In this document: one piece after another, positions 62,308 through 64,000 of the stretch
Layout of the letters: each line of letters starts with the position of its first letter
How positions within the stretch are numbered: position 1 is the stretch's first letter
NCBI GenBank assembly: GCA_013336275.1
Contig: JAAXUA010000003.1
Coordinates: 2,698 to 66,697, forward strand
Length of the DNA: 64,000 nt
Direction of reading: 5' to 3'
Origin: Candidatus Falkowbacteria bacterium
Lineage (GTDB): Bacteria; Patescibacteriota; Patescibacteriia; Patescibacteriales; GWE2-39-37
The notes under the pieces: model-generated
What the model was told of the DNA's origin: nothing
The model's database searches: none
What the model saw: only the letters and a program-made list of their open reading frames with translations
Translations under genes and position numbers: made by a program

Positions 62308-63669
62308 ATGAACATCAACCCAGGAATCTTCAAGGCCTACGACATCCGCGGCATCTATGGCAAGGACTTCGATGAAAAACATGCCTACCAGATAGCTCAA
62401 GCCTATATCAAGGTCATTAAACCCAAGGGCACCGTCGCCGTCGGCATGGACGTCCGCCTCTCGTCTTCTAAAATAAAAAGGTCCGTTATCAAAGGCCTGA
62501 CAGATGCGGGCATAAATGTACTGGATATCGGCTTAAGCTCGACCGAGATGTATTACTTCGCTGTCGGCTACTACAAGCTCGCCGGCGGCATCCAAGTCAC
62601 TGCCTCCCATAACCCCAAAGAATATAACGGGTTCAAAATGGTCAAGCGCGATGTCGAGCCGATCCATAAGGACAACGGCATCCATCAGATCCGCGATCTA
62701 GTCGCGGCCAAGCCCCAGCCAGTCATCAGGTCTCGAAAAGGTTCAGTCAAGAAAATCAATGTTCTCGATGATTTCTGCCGCTTCGCTATCGCCTTTCTCG
62801 ATCAAGACAAAACCCAGCCAAAAACAATCGTTATCAATCCGAACTTCGGCTACGAGGGCGAAGTCGTCAAGCGCTTCGTTAAATTGCACAAGCTGCCCTG
62901 GAAGCTGATCGGTCTGAACGACAAGCCAGATGGAACCTTCCCCAAGGGTCGGCCTGACCCATTCGTACCGGAAAACCGACCTGAATTCGAAGCCTTGACC
63001 AAATCATCCGGAGCCGATCTGGGCGTAGCCTGGGACGCCGACGCCGACCGCGTTTTTTTCTGCGATGACAAGGGGCGCTTTATTGAGTCGTATTACACCA
63101 ACCACCTCCTGATCCGCTCGCTCCTTGAAAAGCGCAAAGGCGAAAAAATCGTTTACGATCCTCGCTACACCTGGGCATTGACCGATGCCGCCAAAGAGAT
63201 GAAAGGCAAGGCTGTCCTTGAGCGGGTCGGTCACTCATACATCAAGGAGCGCATGCGCAAAGAAAATGCCATATTCTCCGGTGAATCAAGCGGACACACC
63301 TATTTCCGAGATTTCTGGTTTGCTGACACGGGTCTGTTGCCGGTGCTCGTGCTGATGAATCTGCTCAACCACACAGGCAAGAAGATGTCCCAGCTGATCG
63401 AACCGGTCATGAAAAAATATCCGATGTCCGGAGAGATAAATTCAATTGTCGAAGACCCTAAAAAGGTTACATTAAACATCGAGAAACTTTACAAGAAAGG
63501 CGGAAAAATCAACAAACTCGACGGCCTGTCCATCGAATTCAAGGATTGGCGCTTCAATCTGCGAGAATCCAACACCGAACCGCTTTTACGGCTTAACGTC
63601 GAAGGCAAGAACAAAGCAATTGTAAGCCAAAAAACCAAGGAACTGCTGAAGATTATCCGCTCAAAATAG
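62308..63669 (+). CDS. phosphomannomutase/phosphoglucomutase family protein
   Basis: Active-site loop GIQVTASHNPKEYNGFK, metal site DADADR and GESSGH. Confidence 0.9.
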   Translation: MNINPGIFKAYDIRGIYGKDFDEKHAYQIAQAYIKVIKPKGTVAVGMDVRLSSSKIKRSVIKGLTDAGINVLDIGLSSTEMYYFAVGYYKLAGGIQVTASHNPKEYNGFKMVKRDVEPIHKDNGIHQIRDLVAAKPQPVIRSRKGSVKKINVLDDFCRFAIAFLDQDKTQPKTIVINPNFGYEGEVVKRFVKLHKLPWKLIGLNDKPDGTFPKGRPDPFVPENRPEFEALTKSSGADLGVAWDADADRVFFCDDKGRFIESYYTNHLLIRSLLEKRKGEKIVYDPRYTWALTDAAKEMKGKAVLERVGHSYIKERMRKENAIFSGESSGHTYFRDFWFADTGLLPVLVLMNLLNHTGKKMSQLIEPVMKKYPMSGEINSIVEDPKKVTLNIEKLYKKGGKINKLDGLSIEFKDWRFNLRESNTEPLLRLNVEGKNKAIVSQKTKELLKIIRSK

Positions 63670-63674
63670 CTCTC

Positions 63675-63703
63675 TTGACCTGCTGATAACATTCTGTTAT
63701 GAT
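63675..63703 (+). promoter_or_regulatory. sigma70-like promoter
   Basis: TTGACC, 17 nt, TATGAT. An 11-bp hairpin at 63714-63740 follows almost immediately. Confidence 0.5.
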
Positions 63704-63805
63704 ACAGTCAAATAAAAATAGTCGTTTTTCGGCTATTTTTGTTTGACACTGTCCGTCCTCAGACGGCCCCTCGGGTGCCCCGGGTCAAGATCGGGCACAT
63801 TTATT

Positions 63806-63879
63806 GGAGCGGTAGTTCAGTTGGTTAGAACGCTGCCCTGTCACGGCAGAGGTCGCGAGTTCGAGTCTCGTCCGCTCCG
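63806..63879 (+). tRNA. tRNA-Asp (anticodon GTC)
   Basis: Acceptor GGAGCGG/CCGCTCC, anticodon stem CTGCC/GGCAG with loop CTGTCAC, discriminator G. Confidence 0.85.
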
Positions 63880-63882
63880 CAC

Positions 63883-63916
63883 AAAAAAACACCCGCTAAT
63901 TTAGCGGGTGTTTTTA
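63883..63916 (+). terminator. rho-independent terminator
   Basis: An ACACCCGCTAA / TTAGCGGGTGT stem is followed by a T-run. Confidence 0.8.
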
Positions 63917-64000
63917 GCTATCAAGCTTATTTTATTTAAATGTTAAAAAGTATATAATAACCGCAGACCGATAAACATCAATTATGACTTATAAAAACCA

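Overview
This window reads as compact bacterial chromosome in the standard genetic code. I call about 58 protein-coding genes and 7 tRNAs (Leu-GAG, Val-UAC, Cys-GCA, Arg-UCG, Met/Ile2-CAU, Lys-CUU, Asp-GUC). I saw no rRNA, CRISPR array, transposase, integrase or reverse transcriptase. Housekeeping genes I recognise from their translations are trmD, rplS, rluD-like, cmk-like, tsaE, lspA, a DksA/TraR zinc finger, infB, rbfA, nrnA-like, clpP, rny, HU, recQ, folD, glyA, a purB-like lyase, an Elp3-like enzyme and a phosphomannomutase. Between them sit accessory, envelope-focused loci.

- There are eight paralogs of a small two-TM TrbC/VirB2-type pilin-like protein, six of them in one tandem array at 28052-30642. 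No secretion ATPase is present in the window.
- A glycan or teichoic-acid-like gene block lies directly upstream of that array on the same strand.
- A three-gene surface operon at 43938-50001 includes a protein of about 1656 aa built from Cys-bridged beta-modules arranged as an internal (A-A-A-B)x2 super-repeat. It lies next to a tRNA-Lys whose 3' end is duplicated 88 bp away, which looks like an att scar.
- An orphan three-gene envelope locus at 3920-8057 has its own strong promoter and a long leader.
- Also notable are a CoaD fused to a CoaE-like P-loop kinase, a bacterial Elp3, and a 540-bp ORF-free interval carrying promoter and terminator signals.

The gene content (many VirB2-like pilins, a 3D-domain protein, giant surface proteins, sparse metabolism) suggests a Candidate Phyla Radiation (Patescibacteria) type organism. 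That is an inference, not something I can verify here. All functional calls come from reading motifs in the supplied translations. No database search was run.
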